From: Phoronis australis
Lineage: Eukaryota; Animalia; Phoronida
DNA length: 64,000 nucleotides
Direction: 5' to 3'
NCBI GenBank assembly: GCA_002633005.1
Contig: NMRA01000128.1
Span: 361,165 to 425,164 of the forward strand
Shown: positions 1 through 13,842 of the stretch, in pieces
Position numbering within the stretch: the first letter of the stretch is position 1
Layout: each line of letters begins with the position of its first letter
Position numbers and translations under genes: made by a program
The notes under the pieces: model-generated
What the model saw: the letters and a program-made list of their open reading frames with translations, nothing else
Database searches by the model: none
Told to the model about the DNA's origin: nothing

Positions 1-339
1 ATGATGGGAGCCAAAAAGTTGAAATAGTCTGACATGCACATGGCTTCAGACTGAATAAATGTTCTCTCGCACAGGGCTTGGAACTCAGCACCCAGCTTGG
101 AAATAATCCTTGTGCAGAGGAAAACAGCGAATACATAACAACTGCAAAGCCACAATGACCTGACTACTTAAGTTGACCACCTGTGCTTGCAATGTCATAC
201 AAAACATAAAGACGACAAACAACCTTCTACAAGCCAATTCCAAAAATTAACAACTATTTATCAAAATGAAAAAATCCATCTGGTGTAGCTACTCTAGAAA
301 ACTTTCCAGAATATCAATCTCCCACTCCCAGTAGTAAAT

Positions 340-2001
340 GAACTATCGCCAGGATTATGACTGACGGCTTAACTAACCAATCAGAACGCAGCATTCTTGA
401 CCCACCTTTGCGTTTCCAAGCTGCCATTTTATCCGACAAACAATGTTGTTGTCGGTAAAGCTTATTTTAGTCTATACCTCAAAAAATTGTGCGATAAGAA
501 TGATGAAAGGGTGTTGATATGGCGTGTGTAGTTCTGACAGCCGTTATACGGGTCAAGAAGAATATCCCGTAATTTTTTGGGCATTTCCTAAGCCAAAAAG
601 TGTTGTCGACTGAGTAAACGATGGATCAAACTGTGTGGACGGCCACACGAGCAGCTAAACTTAACAATGTTGCTGCTTTACTACAAGGTTAAACACAAAA
701 TTAATATATTTGTTCCAAGATACGTACTTTTTAGTTTAGTAGCTATACTGTAGGCCTATCTGATTTTGATTCTGGAGTTTCGCTCGTGGGGGTGCCTTTG
801 TCTCGGCATCTGCTAGATCCCAGCACTAGTCTAACGGTAGTCCCCGGAAAGTTGTTTTTAAGGACATTTTTATTGTTTTTAATTTATTTCGACCAATAAT
901 GGACATCATTCTGCTTCGTAGCACAGGTGAATTTTTGTTATTCATATACCCGTAGGCTAGCGTTCAACTTAACTTCTCACCAAAATTGATAGATCCGATC
1001 GACACATGCAGGGAGGGCACTAGATTGAACTCAAAGCCTCCTTCAAGCAGTTGTCATGAGAAGCTCTAGTATACACTACATCTGTAGAGTTAAGGAGAGG
1101 TCATTTTGTAGTTGGTCAAACACGATACTTGGATTTATGAAGCTTTAAAAACAACTTTAGTTTTTTATAAATGTGATGGCCAATACTTGCCACAACACCA
1201 GACTTGTCATTTTTGTTACCATACCACAGCTTAGTGATCATCCTACTTTTAAAGTTAAATGCAAACTACCTTTATGCAATAAAACTACAAAAAGTATGAA
1301 GTTCATCAGAAGGTTTGTCTATTTCTGGTGCACTGAATTACAGCCAATTCCATGCGTTAATTTGACATTTGGACACAGCCCTAGACCTATCGGAGCTAAC
1401 TGCTTGCCTAGGATAAGATGAGTTTGTGCCTGAGCTACCAACCTGATTTTTTTAATCAAAATATTTTGCTCGAAGATTTGAAAAGTATAAACAGTGCTAT
1501 CGACTCGACCTACTTTACTTGGAGAATACAATCAGTTGTGACCTACTTTTCATTTGGTGGAATTTAACAGCCGGCAGAATAAAAATATCGGCGAATCTTC
1601 ACTGATTTTGTTCGAAATATCCTAAAATTTATGACATCGTACAGATAATTCGACTTTAAGGCAAATACACAGCTTTACATGAACATATCGGATCAGTGCC
1701 CTTGTCAGTTTTCAAGTGAAGGTAAACACCGTGTGGGATTCTTTGGATTTTCGCTGGCTCCAAAACACTTTTCTTTGAAAACTTATTTTTTCATCGTCAC
1801 AGCTTTACAAATTCCCTATGCATGAACATACGATTCTCAGCTGAAAAGTACCGCCTGTTGCCTCTGTCGAAGCCCTTTCGAAAAAAAACGCTCATCAATT
1901 CCACCAGGAACGTTTAGCTACTGTGTATTTGCCTCTGACATCTTGCTTGTTTGTCGGGTGTCACGTGACTTTTCGCAAGGAGGCGGAGCTTGCGATAGGT
2001 C
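340..2001 (+). mobile_element. Decayed THAP-domain DNA transposon (Harbinger/ISL2EU-like), internally deleted
   Basis: Short TIR GAACTATCGC (340) versus GCGATAGGTC (1992-2001). From 500 a disrupted frame reads MMKGC*YGVCSSDSRY...FWAFPKPKS / KRWIKLCGRPHEQLN ... YICSK, a THAP C2CH-type N-terminus. Confidence 0.7.
500..719 (+). pseudogene. THAP-domain pseudo-exon of a transposase
   Basis: C-x4-C, FPKP, W-x3-CGR and CSK motifs, interrupted by stops and frameshifts. Confidence 0.7.
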
Positions 2002-5000
2002 GACTGACACTGAGGCATGTTCACAGAATGGCACGATTTCTTTTGTCAATCGATTATTACACAAGATTGCATAACTGATCTAATATTACATCACAAAACA
2101 CACTTTGAGCATCAAATCCTCTACTGACAGATCATTTCTATACTTTCAGACAAACATTAAAATGCCATGATGGGTATTACAAGGCTGTCAGCCTTTTCAA
2201 CAGGTTTGGAGTTTGACAATGTGATCAGGATCAGGCACTACAGCTGGTTAAAGAGTGTCTCAGAGGTCTGTGTGTACTCAGGGCTGTAGTAAACGTCCCT
2301 GAGCACCCTACAATTGATGGATAAAAGGCACCTAAGTGTGGCTGGCCACGTGCTGAGATGCACAAGTTGTGTTTCAGGCACGTGCTGGTTCATATTTGCC
2401 TCCACAAATTTGACATTTTGCCAAGACCAGTGCTGTGCTTGCTAAACACTTCTATTCACCACAAGAACAAATCTGAGCCCTGTGCCCTGCATGTCAAGTA
2501 AGATCTGCAAAGCTCATCAAGAGGTCACACACTGAGAACAAGAGCCAGGGCTGAGGAGATTCAGCTTCAGGTTTCCAATTTTTTTCTTCTGAAATCTCTT
2601 TACTTTGCAAGATTCAACTATTGAAAGAGCACTAAAGTGAACAGAGTTGTTAGCAGCGTGACACAAAACTGCTTCCTACCATATTCTTACACAAAGGAGA
2701 TTGGATTCCAGAAAATTTCAAAATTACACAAATAAAAGGAGTCAGCCTGACATTTAGGGAAAATGTGCTGGACAGCTGTGTGCTGCTGACTCAACAGGTT
2801 CAAACTGCTCAGGTGGTGAACTAGAACAAAAATGTGACAATTCACCCTCAGATACAGTACATGGCAAAAGTATTCAGACAAAATGACCCAAAATTCCTCC
2901 ATCATGATGGCAAAATTCATGGACAGAATAACCTTCCCTCATCACCAACAACGAAAGGGAATTAGAAGTAACAGGTATATTATAAGGTGAAGCCATTGAG
3001 AAATGTAAAATTTTGCTACCATGATGGTTATTTTTGCTGTTAACGGGAATAGCGTCATTTTGTTAGTCGGACACTTTAATTGAACAATCTAAAAATGAAA
3101 AGGGTTCACAACTGGGACAAATGTGTTGTAAAAGTGTATTAATAGTTATTTAAATAAGGACCAACTCTACAGTCTGTGGACCTTGCAAGTACCAGTCAGA
3201 CAAAGGGATAGGCATAGTTGTTATAGTTATGATTCCTGAACTAGACTGATCTCCATATGATGAGTTAATTAGGCACGGATTTCTTGAGTCCACTAACAGA
3301 AGTGCTTCAGTACTGTTACCCAGGGAAAAGCAATTAAGAGTAATTTGAATTAATGGATACATAATGACCACTGCGGTCAACCAATTATGAAAATGGCACT
3401 GTATGTTGGACTCTCACATGTATCATACAGAGAAGTACTAGCGGAACAACATCACGACAAGCTAAGCATAGTGGATGGAGTGTGAGACGTCTTAATTAAA
3501 TGATCTGGGTTAAGTATGTTAATTAGAGAGCCATGATGGCAGGGAAAATCTGGTGATGAATGAATGAATGTAGAAAATGTTCACTGGAACTAAACAAGGT
3601 TTAGTTTATTGAGACGTGGACTGCATTGACTGGTCAGAGCAGCTTTGACCTTCAGATATGGGAACCATCTAACAAAGGAAAGTTCATAAGGATAGATGTC
3701 TGACACCAGTCTAGTAATTTCACTCCAATTTATTAACCCGCATAAACATGGATAGTTTTGCAATCAAATTACCGCCTCAACTTCCCATTCAAATTCCTAT
3801 CTCAGTACAGGGACAATGGCTTGCTGGTAAATTACAAACTGGTGATATTCTTCAGTTTAGATGGTTATCTAAGATTTTGATGGAAGGCAAATTAGCAGTA
3901 GACACCTGTAAACTAACTAATGGCTGCTTTCATCCAGCAAAGTCTCAGTCTTTATTGAATTGCACCAAATCAAATTTACAGAACGGCTGCTGAAAATCAC
4001 CTGCCACGATTAACGCACCGAACAACGAACATGCATGTAGCCTCGAAACAGAAGACTGTTCTTTGGTAGATATTCAGTACTAAGTGGAAAAGACAGACTT
4101 ACATTCTCCTGGTATTTTCGATCACTATTAATTTTTCTAACAATGGCAGGTTATATGCGACTAACAAGAAGAAAAATGAAGTTAATAGTGGACCCATAGA
4201 CATTCATGAACATGCTGGTAGGAATGTAACTCTGATGGAACATAGTTTTTGAGAAATTTGGCATATTTTACTTCTTTGAAATATCTTTTGAATTTCTTTA
4301 GATATTTTATAAAATTGCATGTGTCAAAAACTGAAAAGCTAAGACACATAGCTTATTCAGATCGGTCGACGCTTTAGGAAGAACTAGGCTACGTTCTCAT
4401 GCCAAATGATGTCGTATGGATTTCGCAAGCTATTGTTTAAGTTGCGCTTATGCCCGTCACATGGTAATATTGCCTATGGGACGCTACCATTGATTTCCTT
4501 TGTTGCGTCTTTGTTGGATATAACAATACAGGTCGCATGGATATCGTACCTGGGGCGCACATCAGCCGGTTACAAAGTGAACAATGGATACACCTATCTA
4601 CCTGTATCTATACGACGAGCTTGCGCCCTAGTTTCTGTGGGAATTACAAGAAATCTAGCGAGATCACATGCTTCACTTGTAATGCATGGTGACATCTCGC
4701 TGAGATTTGCATGATCTCCTGTTTTTGCAACTTTTCCCACACTATGGAGCGCAACTCTGTTGAAAACGTTGCCTACAGTAGCAAGTAAAATATGCTAAGA
4801 TATAACTGAAGATTTTTCCGTCGTAAAATCAAGAAAATAAAACTTTGCAAAACCATGAGAACAAATAGATTACTTTATTACATGCAATGCACAAATGCTC
4901 ACTAGAATATAGTGAGAACTTTTCTGGTAGGAATACGCTATTCAAATTGTTTAGTTTACTCCATTTGGTATTCAAGTAATAAGAACAGAACTATTAATAA

Positions 5001-8000
5001 GGTCTACACAATTTACCTCAGATTAGTCGATGGGGTTCCCGAATTTCTGATAGCTTAGGGCTCCACAAATGCTTTATCAGGCACTGTTCAGCCAGCACAT
5101 CTCGTTATGGATAAAATGATACTTGGAATGTCATTCAACTAATGTCTATGCTGGCAGTGCCAATTCTAAGTGAGCACATCTTTTTGTTATGGAGAAAATG
5201 ATAGTTCTACCAGAGCAGTTATAAATGCAAATCAGTCTCAAAACTCAGAAACTACATCACACTACATCAATAATGAACTAGCTATACGGGTTAATCGGCC
5301 AGTCCATAAGTCCCTAGTGAAGATATGACAAATTCCATATGATACAAGTGTATTAATAACATAATTGAACATTTGTGTCCTTCACCAGTATTATGTATGA
5401 CGATACTGAATATTTCATACCCAGTAATATAAAAGGCGAGACCAATTTCATGAGTAAGCCAATGCTATTAAAAATGCCAACTCCTGAAAATTCAGTTCAA
5501 TGACACCTTCCTATTGTGAAATAATCTCTCTTCAATGAGAAATGCATAGGTCAAACAGTTAATAATGTTTGGTAGAAAAATAACAACTTTGTACAAATCT
5601 AATAAGTAAGAGTTCTACTGCGTATTATACCTTTAAGAGTTACATGTTTTTCAGATATTTCACTGAAGCAAACATCGAATAAAAAGAAACTCATTAATAA
5701 CATGCTAGTTGTTGGCAATGACTTTGTTAACTTAACTATAAACAGATGGAATTAACAGGGAGGCATTGATGCTTGTTTTGGTATGAGCAATTAAATTCAT
5801 TGTCATCCTTAAATATCATTGTCAATAAAGGCACACATTGCTATGTATACATATACATATAGGTCATCCCACATACATAGGAACACTACTACCCTATCCT
5901 ATTGACAATTCATTTCATCTGGGAATATCCCAACGAGACCGAAGAGACCCTGTCTGAGCAACATAAAAATGTCCTTGACATGACAAGACATTTAAAGTGT
6001 GTATGCTAAAAGCGTAAAAAGTCCCGTAATGGTTTTCACATTTATGTGTCCGCATCAGTTGAACATGCATCAAGAAGATCAATTTTGGTAGTTGAAGCAG
6101 AGGATTATGGTCAATTCCCAAAGATTGAGAACATAGTTATTTTAATATACAGGGTGTCCCAAAAATGTACTCACAATTCAAATGACAATAACTGCATAGT
6201 TTACAGACTGAAGAGAATGTGTTGGTTTAAATTCTTAAAGAGGTCAGAACACGGAAACCAAAACAAAGGCAGGGACTACAAACTTGTGGAAAAGATTAAT
6301 TGTCTTTGTACTTTCTTGACGTTTTTGAGTTTCCAGTAGAATTATACAATGAAGTTTTGTTCCCCATAACTGAGTAGTTTCTTTGCCATTCTTGGGAAAA
6401 CAGCACGTTACAGCTCATACACTTAATATCAAAGCCCAGAAATCACATAGTAATATTCAGATTTAATTCATAACCTTGAGTGATCATGACGGAATACGGA
6501 ATTATAGCCGTTTTAAGAGATCTGCGGACAAATGGAACAAACTTAGAGAAACCCACGGATGTCAGTTATCTTCAGACCAATCAATCACATTATTCTGCAT
6601 TACTTCAGATGCATTGTGGGTTTTTTGGATTTGCTTTTATCTAGAAGCTATGCGAGTGTCATGCACGGATACCCATGACTGATAAAAGGTTTTCTACGAT
6701 AATTCCAGAATCAACACACACTGTCTCATCAAATCCTCATTGTGTGCAAGACTGGCAATGGAACACAACAATCGATATCCCAATATCCAATTCACCAGCA
6801 TTAGTTTCTGATGACGGATGATAAGAAATCCCATCCATCAAACAAGATATTAATTTTTACTGGAAACACCATAGTCCAGTCCTCTTGATGCTGCTTGAGT
6901 AGATACTGACAGTGACCAACAGCATATAATGAGATACCGACCAGCGGCCAGTCCGCAGCAGGACCTGTCTAACATTTTTCATAAAATCTATAATCAGTCT
7001 GCCGAGCGTGACAGCATTGTGGCAGAATGGTAGCTCCTGGCACTGCTGAGGTCGAAGGCAGCACGAGCTCACTGTAAAGTTCATGTAGGAAGTTACAAGG
7101 TGTCAAAAAGATATCAGGTGAAGGGATTAGCAAGCTACTTTAATTACAAACTAAGTGCTGGCATATTAATTGAACCTGAACAAATTTTGGAGCCTGGGGC
7201 AGAGGGAGCACATCAGCAGTCTTGACACACAGACTGTCAAGTCTGGTTTTAAATTAGATGGAAACGACATGGCTGCTGCACTCATGAACACACTATACAC
7301 ATATGGGGAAATGTCTAGAGCCTAATGTGATTTGGAAATTCAATAATAGCGAGTTGAGTGTAAAAAATTCACTCAAATGGTAAATTCGCCCACACCAGTA
7401 CCTTCACAATTACGTGCACAAAAGTATGGTAATATTAGAATGCCCAAAAGAACCATTTTTCTGTCTCTTACAGTAAAGAGTTGTCATTTTCCCACTTGAA
7501 TACAGCAATGTAGAGGTGAATCTGAGTGTTCATTACTCAAACGGGAGTTGTGTACAATTTAAGAGCTAAAATTTTTGCAATAGGCACAAAAACACTAGTA
7601 TTGTGAAAGTGGAACTCTAATTACACTAATTACTTCTCTCTGTGGTTGCTTGGTCAAATTAGTTACAAACACAACATATAGCGATGATGTGAATATGAAG
7701 TACGTTGAAAACTACCAAATGTTTTAAAGAATGAGTTTTGTGTCGAGAATGATCCGCCATATATCACTCAACCATTTCCAGTAAGTATCATGACGTGGTG
7801 TAGGGGAATAACACTGCATAATATGGGCTATGTGAGCCCCCAAGGTACATCATTAGTGCAAAGGTCACCTATTTGCAGATTTTTTTTTTCTTTTCACATT
7901 TACAAATGGTCAATGAATACAACTGCACTTTGTTTAGGGTAGGTGATGTTCAAACAGCATTGAAGCTTTGTTCCTGCTATACATTAGTATAGTTGAATAC

Positions 8001-11000
8001 ATCTTTAAGTATCGGATGTATGAATTGGGCATAACTGCTAAGCTGAACATGGGTGGTTGAAAATGAGCATTATGAAATTTTTTAGGAAGACATGAAGTGG
8101 AACATACATGCTAAGATGGAGGAGTTTATTCGGCCCTCACTAATTAACACAGCCCACTGGCCCATAACTAAGTAGTTCAACATCTCATAAACTCTTGCCA
8201 AGGGTCACAAACACCACCAAACTAATTCAGAAAGAGGCACCTAATACAGAACCATAATACAAATGTCATTGACTCACTAACTAGTGCACGGACGTACAAA
8301 CACGACGCGTGCGCTCCACTCATGTCTGTGCACAAAGTTAGGCAGTCAGTGAGTAAAGAGCTAAGAGCAATGTTTGTAAATTAGGAACTATTTTCATTAC
8401 AGTGGCAACAGTTTTTTCTACCCTCGTTTACAGGGATATTCTCAGCCATCAGGTACAAATGAACTAAGTTTTGCAATACTTAGATGACACACAGTTTTTT
8501 GGCATGGTATCAAGTGTATCCTACAACACCATGTCAATAAGGTCAAGCTAAGGGTCATTATCCGCCAAATGAATTTTAAGATTATGAAAAACATAATTAC
8601 TCTAAGTCCCAATCTGCAGGCGTGGTTGATATTTGCCTTTACAGTTGGAAACCTGTCCAAGCAAGCAAAAAGGAAGACATGTCCTGGCATGAAATTAACA
8701 CTCAAATGTGAAACATGTTAGGGCATGTCTAAACCAGACAAAAGTGCCTGTGAAACATAATGTAGAATATGCAGCATTGCTCTCTCAATGCACAAACCAA
8801 CAGATTAAGTGTTGACGATACACTTGGATCTGCAGATACAAGGACAAGTGCTCCAAGTGTCAGAATAAGACTAAGAATAAGAATAAGTCAGATGGATTCA
8901 ATGAGTCCAGCTAGTAATGGTGTAACTTAACGTTGGTGCACCCATACAGAATTTCAGAATGCGTGAATACACCGATACAAGGATTCACGTCAGCAATGTG
9001 TTCAAAGTAGGAAAATGAATAGTCAAGGGATTTGGGCATTAAGGGGAATACAACTGAAAAAATCACGACCATGAAAAATAAATTTTGAGCTTCATCAGAA
9101 ATCAATTAGATCTTGCACCTATTTTGTGGTTTGAATATGAATACTTGACAAACACGTAAAAATGAATACATGACATAAACCATGTTGGCAGACTGTTTTA
9201 TGCAGGGTGACCTTTAAATAAACCTTCCCTCCCTCATTTCAAACAAACCAGTTTGATTTAAGAAGATAAAGGTGAAACAGAAAACCAAGCTAAACGAAAA
9301 TTTAAGGTAGACCGATTATATTGGACCGGAAGTCTTTTCACCTACACATGTTGCCCTTTAAGGTTGGGCCCTTGGAAAACTTGGCAAACTTTGGAACAAC
9401 ATCGGTTAGAAATGAATAAGCAGGTGTGCATATGAAACTTTCACATACCATTCTTTATGCAATGTTTCCAAAAGACTGTTCAGAATTGTCTTTATAATTT
9501 ACCACTTTTGCATGAGACACTACTAAAAATGGGGCTTTCATGATTTTCATGAAAAAATATATTGAAAGGTGGCATACAACAAAAAAATTGCATTTTGATA
9601 TTACATCCTGAATGTTTGTATCACGAAAGTGAAATTTGGTCATTTTATTGATATCGTTGTTTTGCAGGGGATTTCCCTTTCCTTTTTGATAAATTTTACT
9701 AAAATGACGTGGTAACGTGATCCAATTAATAGCACATTGGTATAAAGTTAATCACTGAATTCTACAGGCTGTCTACCTTCAGGAAGTATATATACTTTTG
9801 TAGAGTTAAAATCAATAGATTTGTAGTTATTTGGCTAAATATCGTTCAAGTCAATGAGGACTTATGTAACCTCAAGGGATGAATGCGAGTTAAGTAAATT
9901 TTTTAATGATTTATTAATATAACTTCTTTTAACCCTTTGGATCAAACAACACAATGAAACATATTTGCACAGTACGCTCATGCGCCTATATTAAACGTTA
10001 TTTTTGTCCGAGTGCTTTGCACACAGGCATAGACACCTTTGGTTCAGTTATGGGTACCCTAATACTGCTCTCGCTGGATGTTGTGATCAGTGATAAGACC
10101 AAATCATCACTCATAACTGAGTCATCATCAAATCCTGTAGTTCAAAATGCAACCAAACCCACATGTCCATAAACTGACATCAAGAAATCAAAAGACAAAC
10201 CTGATTTCCATTTTATAGGCATACTCTGAAAATAGAAATCTGCACTGCTGGAAACATTCTGTTTTCATTAACTGCTATTGGCATCCATATCGATGTCGCT
10301 TTGAGACAAAGAGAGCTTTAAGATTACATACATTTCTTAGTGCATTAAAGTCACTAATAATCTTGTTTATGTATAATTATCATATTTTAAAACACGTGGG
10401 AAATTTGTCCCATGGCCTACTAGGTCAACACACAACAATAATTGGAATCATCTGGTAAATGGATGGCAATAAGGCTGCATTACTCTGTAGCAGATCCCAC
10501 TGCGTTCATCTGAGCACCAAGTCTGTGTTGTCATCCTCATGATCTGAGGATAATTAAGACGTTTTTGCCACATACTGCACGTACTCAGTACACTGTCCGA
10601 TTCCTATTGGTGTCTGCTACTGGCTCTTTTATTATCCACCAGTGGCGACGTAACAACACCAGGTATCATAAAAAACAGTTTTAATGATTTATCTATTGGT
10701 TCTTTACCATAAACTGGATTGCAAAAGGAGAATAATTGGCAAGCGACACTAAAAAAACATTAACTTTAGACCATATGAAGTCGCACACATTAGCCCAAAT
10801 CCAAATGAGCTACCACCTACAGAGATAAAATCTGGCTGTTAACTGAGTCTCATTTGTTGTCTGCATGAGGTTGCCTAGTTCACTGTAACTCAGTCTAACA
10901 ATGCACACAACATGACAATTTTGCAGCTATACTCTAATGAAATTCAACTCAATATCATGGAACCTCTTGGATAGCGAGTTATCTATCCTGGAAAACATTC

Positions 11001-11323
11001 TGAAATTTATGTAGGACTTAAATTGACTAGTCTGTGCTTTTCATCAAATATACACAAAACTACACATTTAACCCAGTAAAATGTAGAAAGCCTGTAAAAT
11101 ATGATTTTTCCTTTTATCAATCTACCAGTAATTCAGACATGACCACGTCTTTTTTAGTAAAATTTGGCAAAAAGTAAAGATACATTGATAGAGAAACAAA
11201 GTTATCAATAAGATGATTAAATTGAGTTAGATATAAATGTCTCAAAACCCTTATTAGTTTTATAAAAACATCATTTCGTTCTCGCTTGATGCTAACTCAC
11301 AGTCCTATCTGATAACGCTCATG

Positions 11324-11490
11324 CAAAAGTGGGTCATTTTAAGAACAATTCCCAAGACAGTTTTGGAGAACAATGCATAAAGCGGTACGCGGTATTTCAA
11401 AACTTTGTCTGAATCCGATCAATCATTTCTAAGATATGAAGTTCTGAATATAGCCAAATTCGGTCATTTTTCTGGAGTTCCACACAATAT
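11324..11490 (+). repeat. Dispersed repeat fragment, related to about 24115-24270
   Basis: Shared CAAAAGTG..TCATTTTAAGAACAATTCC..AGTTTTGGA..CAATGCATAAAGC. Confidence 0.65.
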
Positions 11491-12801
11491 AAAGGAGCAA
11501 GGAAGTCATCACCTCTCCTCCTAAATTAGAGAACAACCTTGACAACAGATCCCTTTTCGAATGCAGATTCAAATTCAAACTAATTCGCTGTTCCTTAAAG
11601 GCCTTTAACACTGGCTCCGAAGTTTCGATGGGAACACTTAAGGTCAGTCTTGAATCGAAGTTAACAGCGAGTTAACTACATAGTAAAGAGGAGAATTAAA
11701 CAGTGAAGCCTCGATGCTTCGTCACAATATGAACACTTACTTCAATGTCATTGCAGTTATCGGCAGGGGTCACTGCCTGGGTTTGCCAACAGCAGGCCGT
11801 GACTGGACATGATTTGTTAACATTTTGTTAAAATATTTATCATTTTGGCATGTTATCATTGGAATCCTCTTATGCCAATTGATGCTTTTGCCAAACCCTA
11901 CTGCAAGAGAAACCATCCACTTTCCAACATCGCAGCAACATGATGAAATACACCTTGACACTAGATGGCGATACGGTAGTTTATAGACAACATTTTGCAT
12001 TCTTCTGTGGATTTAATGCAGTGTTTTGCAATAAATTGTTCACAACGGAGACACAGAAGTAGATAGGCCTTGACATAAATTGTGTTAGTCACACTAAGCA
12101 GAGTACAATGATAAACCCAGCCTGTTGAAGAGTTATAAATAAGATTTATTTTCAAGTTAACCTCAGAGCAGGTGAGACCAAAAAATGACAATTGATAAAT
12201 TATATTGTAATCTGTGTCATGGCGAACCATCACCCATTTGAACAATAGGGTAGCATGTGGATTCCTACATAAATGTGTGAGTGTTACAGTCAGCTGGAAA
12301 ACTTGATGCCACAAAGCCCGTTTGTGCAAACCAGCATTCTTATGGCGCCAGCGAGGACATGACTAGGGTATCATTCAATTGTGTTCCAAGTAGCTTCTTA
12401 GATGGTACCATTGTAAATAGGTTACAAACAATAAAAGCTCAGCTAACTGGATAGTGATAATTATCGGATGCTTCACCTGTGTGCTGCATTCCAAGACAAT
12501 TCAAAATACAATTTTGATTGTTTATGGGAACACCAAAGCATCCTTCATTTGATCCAATTTGTAATTCTGATGTGCAAGAAGGGCAAGACTACTAGTTGTT
12601 TCTGTGCAAATTGAACCGCCACACAACAGTGACAATTTGACCCAATGACAACTTGTTCCTGGAGTAACTTTGATCCATGGTAACTTGAACCATGGACCAC
12701 AGAACGCCAACCCTTCTGGGATCCTAGCCCCAAAGTGCAAATCACTAAATGGCAGAAAATATTTGATCGTTTGAAACAACATGGTTTGTTTAACTTTATG
12801 C

Positions 12802-13510
12802 ACAAGAGCAACACGGAGCGTTGAAATGCGCCCATGAATGTATACCAAATGGTGTGCTTTTAAGGTTATTTATTTGTATCAAAAAACAAAACTGCCACTA
12901 GGAGGCGCCATCCACTTCATAGCAAAAACACACAATGTCATGCAAATTTTCACAATTATCCTGAAAGCCGTTTGGTTGATAGACGAGTAGATGCCAAAAA
13001 CAGATCCTGCGAAAGGTTTAGGGGATTACAGCCATAGGCGCTAAAAAAACAAAACTGCCACTGGGAGGCGCCACAGTAGTTGAAGTCATCAGAAAGTCAT
13101 CGTCAGTCGTCCACTTTATAGTAAGAACATACATGCCAATTTTCACAATCATCCTTTGAGCGCAAACAGTAAAAGTGGCCACTAGGTGGCACAAACCACG
13201 TCAAATCCATCTGAAAACGAAAGGATAGCGTCATCTCACTAATAGGTGCCTATATGCCAAATTTTATGAAAATCCGTTCACGACTTTTGAAGATACAGAG
13301 GTAAACGTAAAAAACTAAAATTGCCACTAGGGGTACACCGGTTGTCAGTTCCATCCGAAAGTTCGCTCATGCCGTCCCATCTACGGAAGGGACACATGTG
13401 CAAAATTTCATGAACATACGTCACGGCGTTTTGGAGATAGAGCAGCGGACGCCGGACGGACGGAGATGACGGCATAATGCGTCCACATATAAATATGTGG
13501 GCACATAATA
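12802..13510 (+). mobile_element. Helentron/HINE-like non-autonomous element with CTCF-like internal units, short copy
   Basis: ACAAGAG 5' end, subterminal ATGCGCCC, internal GCCACTAGG units (12893, 13056, 13177, 13322), (GACG)n microsatellite and 3' hairpin CCACATAT-AA-ATATGTGG; homologous to 20726-22402. Confidence 0.8.
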
Positions 13511-13710
13511 AATCAGTCACCACAGAGACAAGGAAGGTTGCTTGATATTAGTGCAGTATTTTGGGACAACAAGAGCACTACTCTCTAGTTTCACAGCAAG
13601 GCCACTGCAACATGTTTTCCCAAAACTTCAATATGGACCATTCCAATTTGCCTAAGGGTGGCCAAATCCATTTGAACATGACAACTACATGAATCAAGCT
13701 GCTTTGTTGG

Positions 13711-13842
13711 TACAAGATGAGGTGTTCAATGCAACTATAGATTATGTCTGGGGTACAAGATGAGGTGTTCAATGCAACTATAGAGTATGTCTGGGCTACA
13801 AGATGACGTGTTCAATGCAACTATAGTAGAGGATGTCCGGGG
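13711..13842. repeat. 43-bp tandem repeat x3
   Basis: TACAAGATGA(G/C)GTGTTCAATGCAACTATAG at 13711, 13754 and 13797. Confidence 0.9.

Noticed and set aside
6147-6175. Tc1/mariner-like TIR TACAGGGTGTCCCAAAA
   Set aside because: No matching right TIR found, so no element boundaries can be supported.
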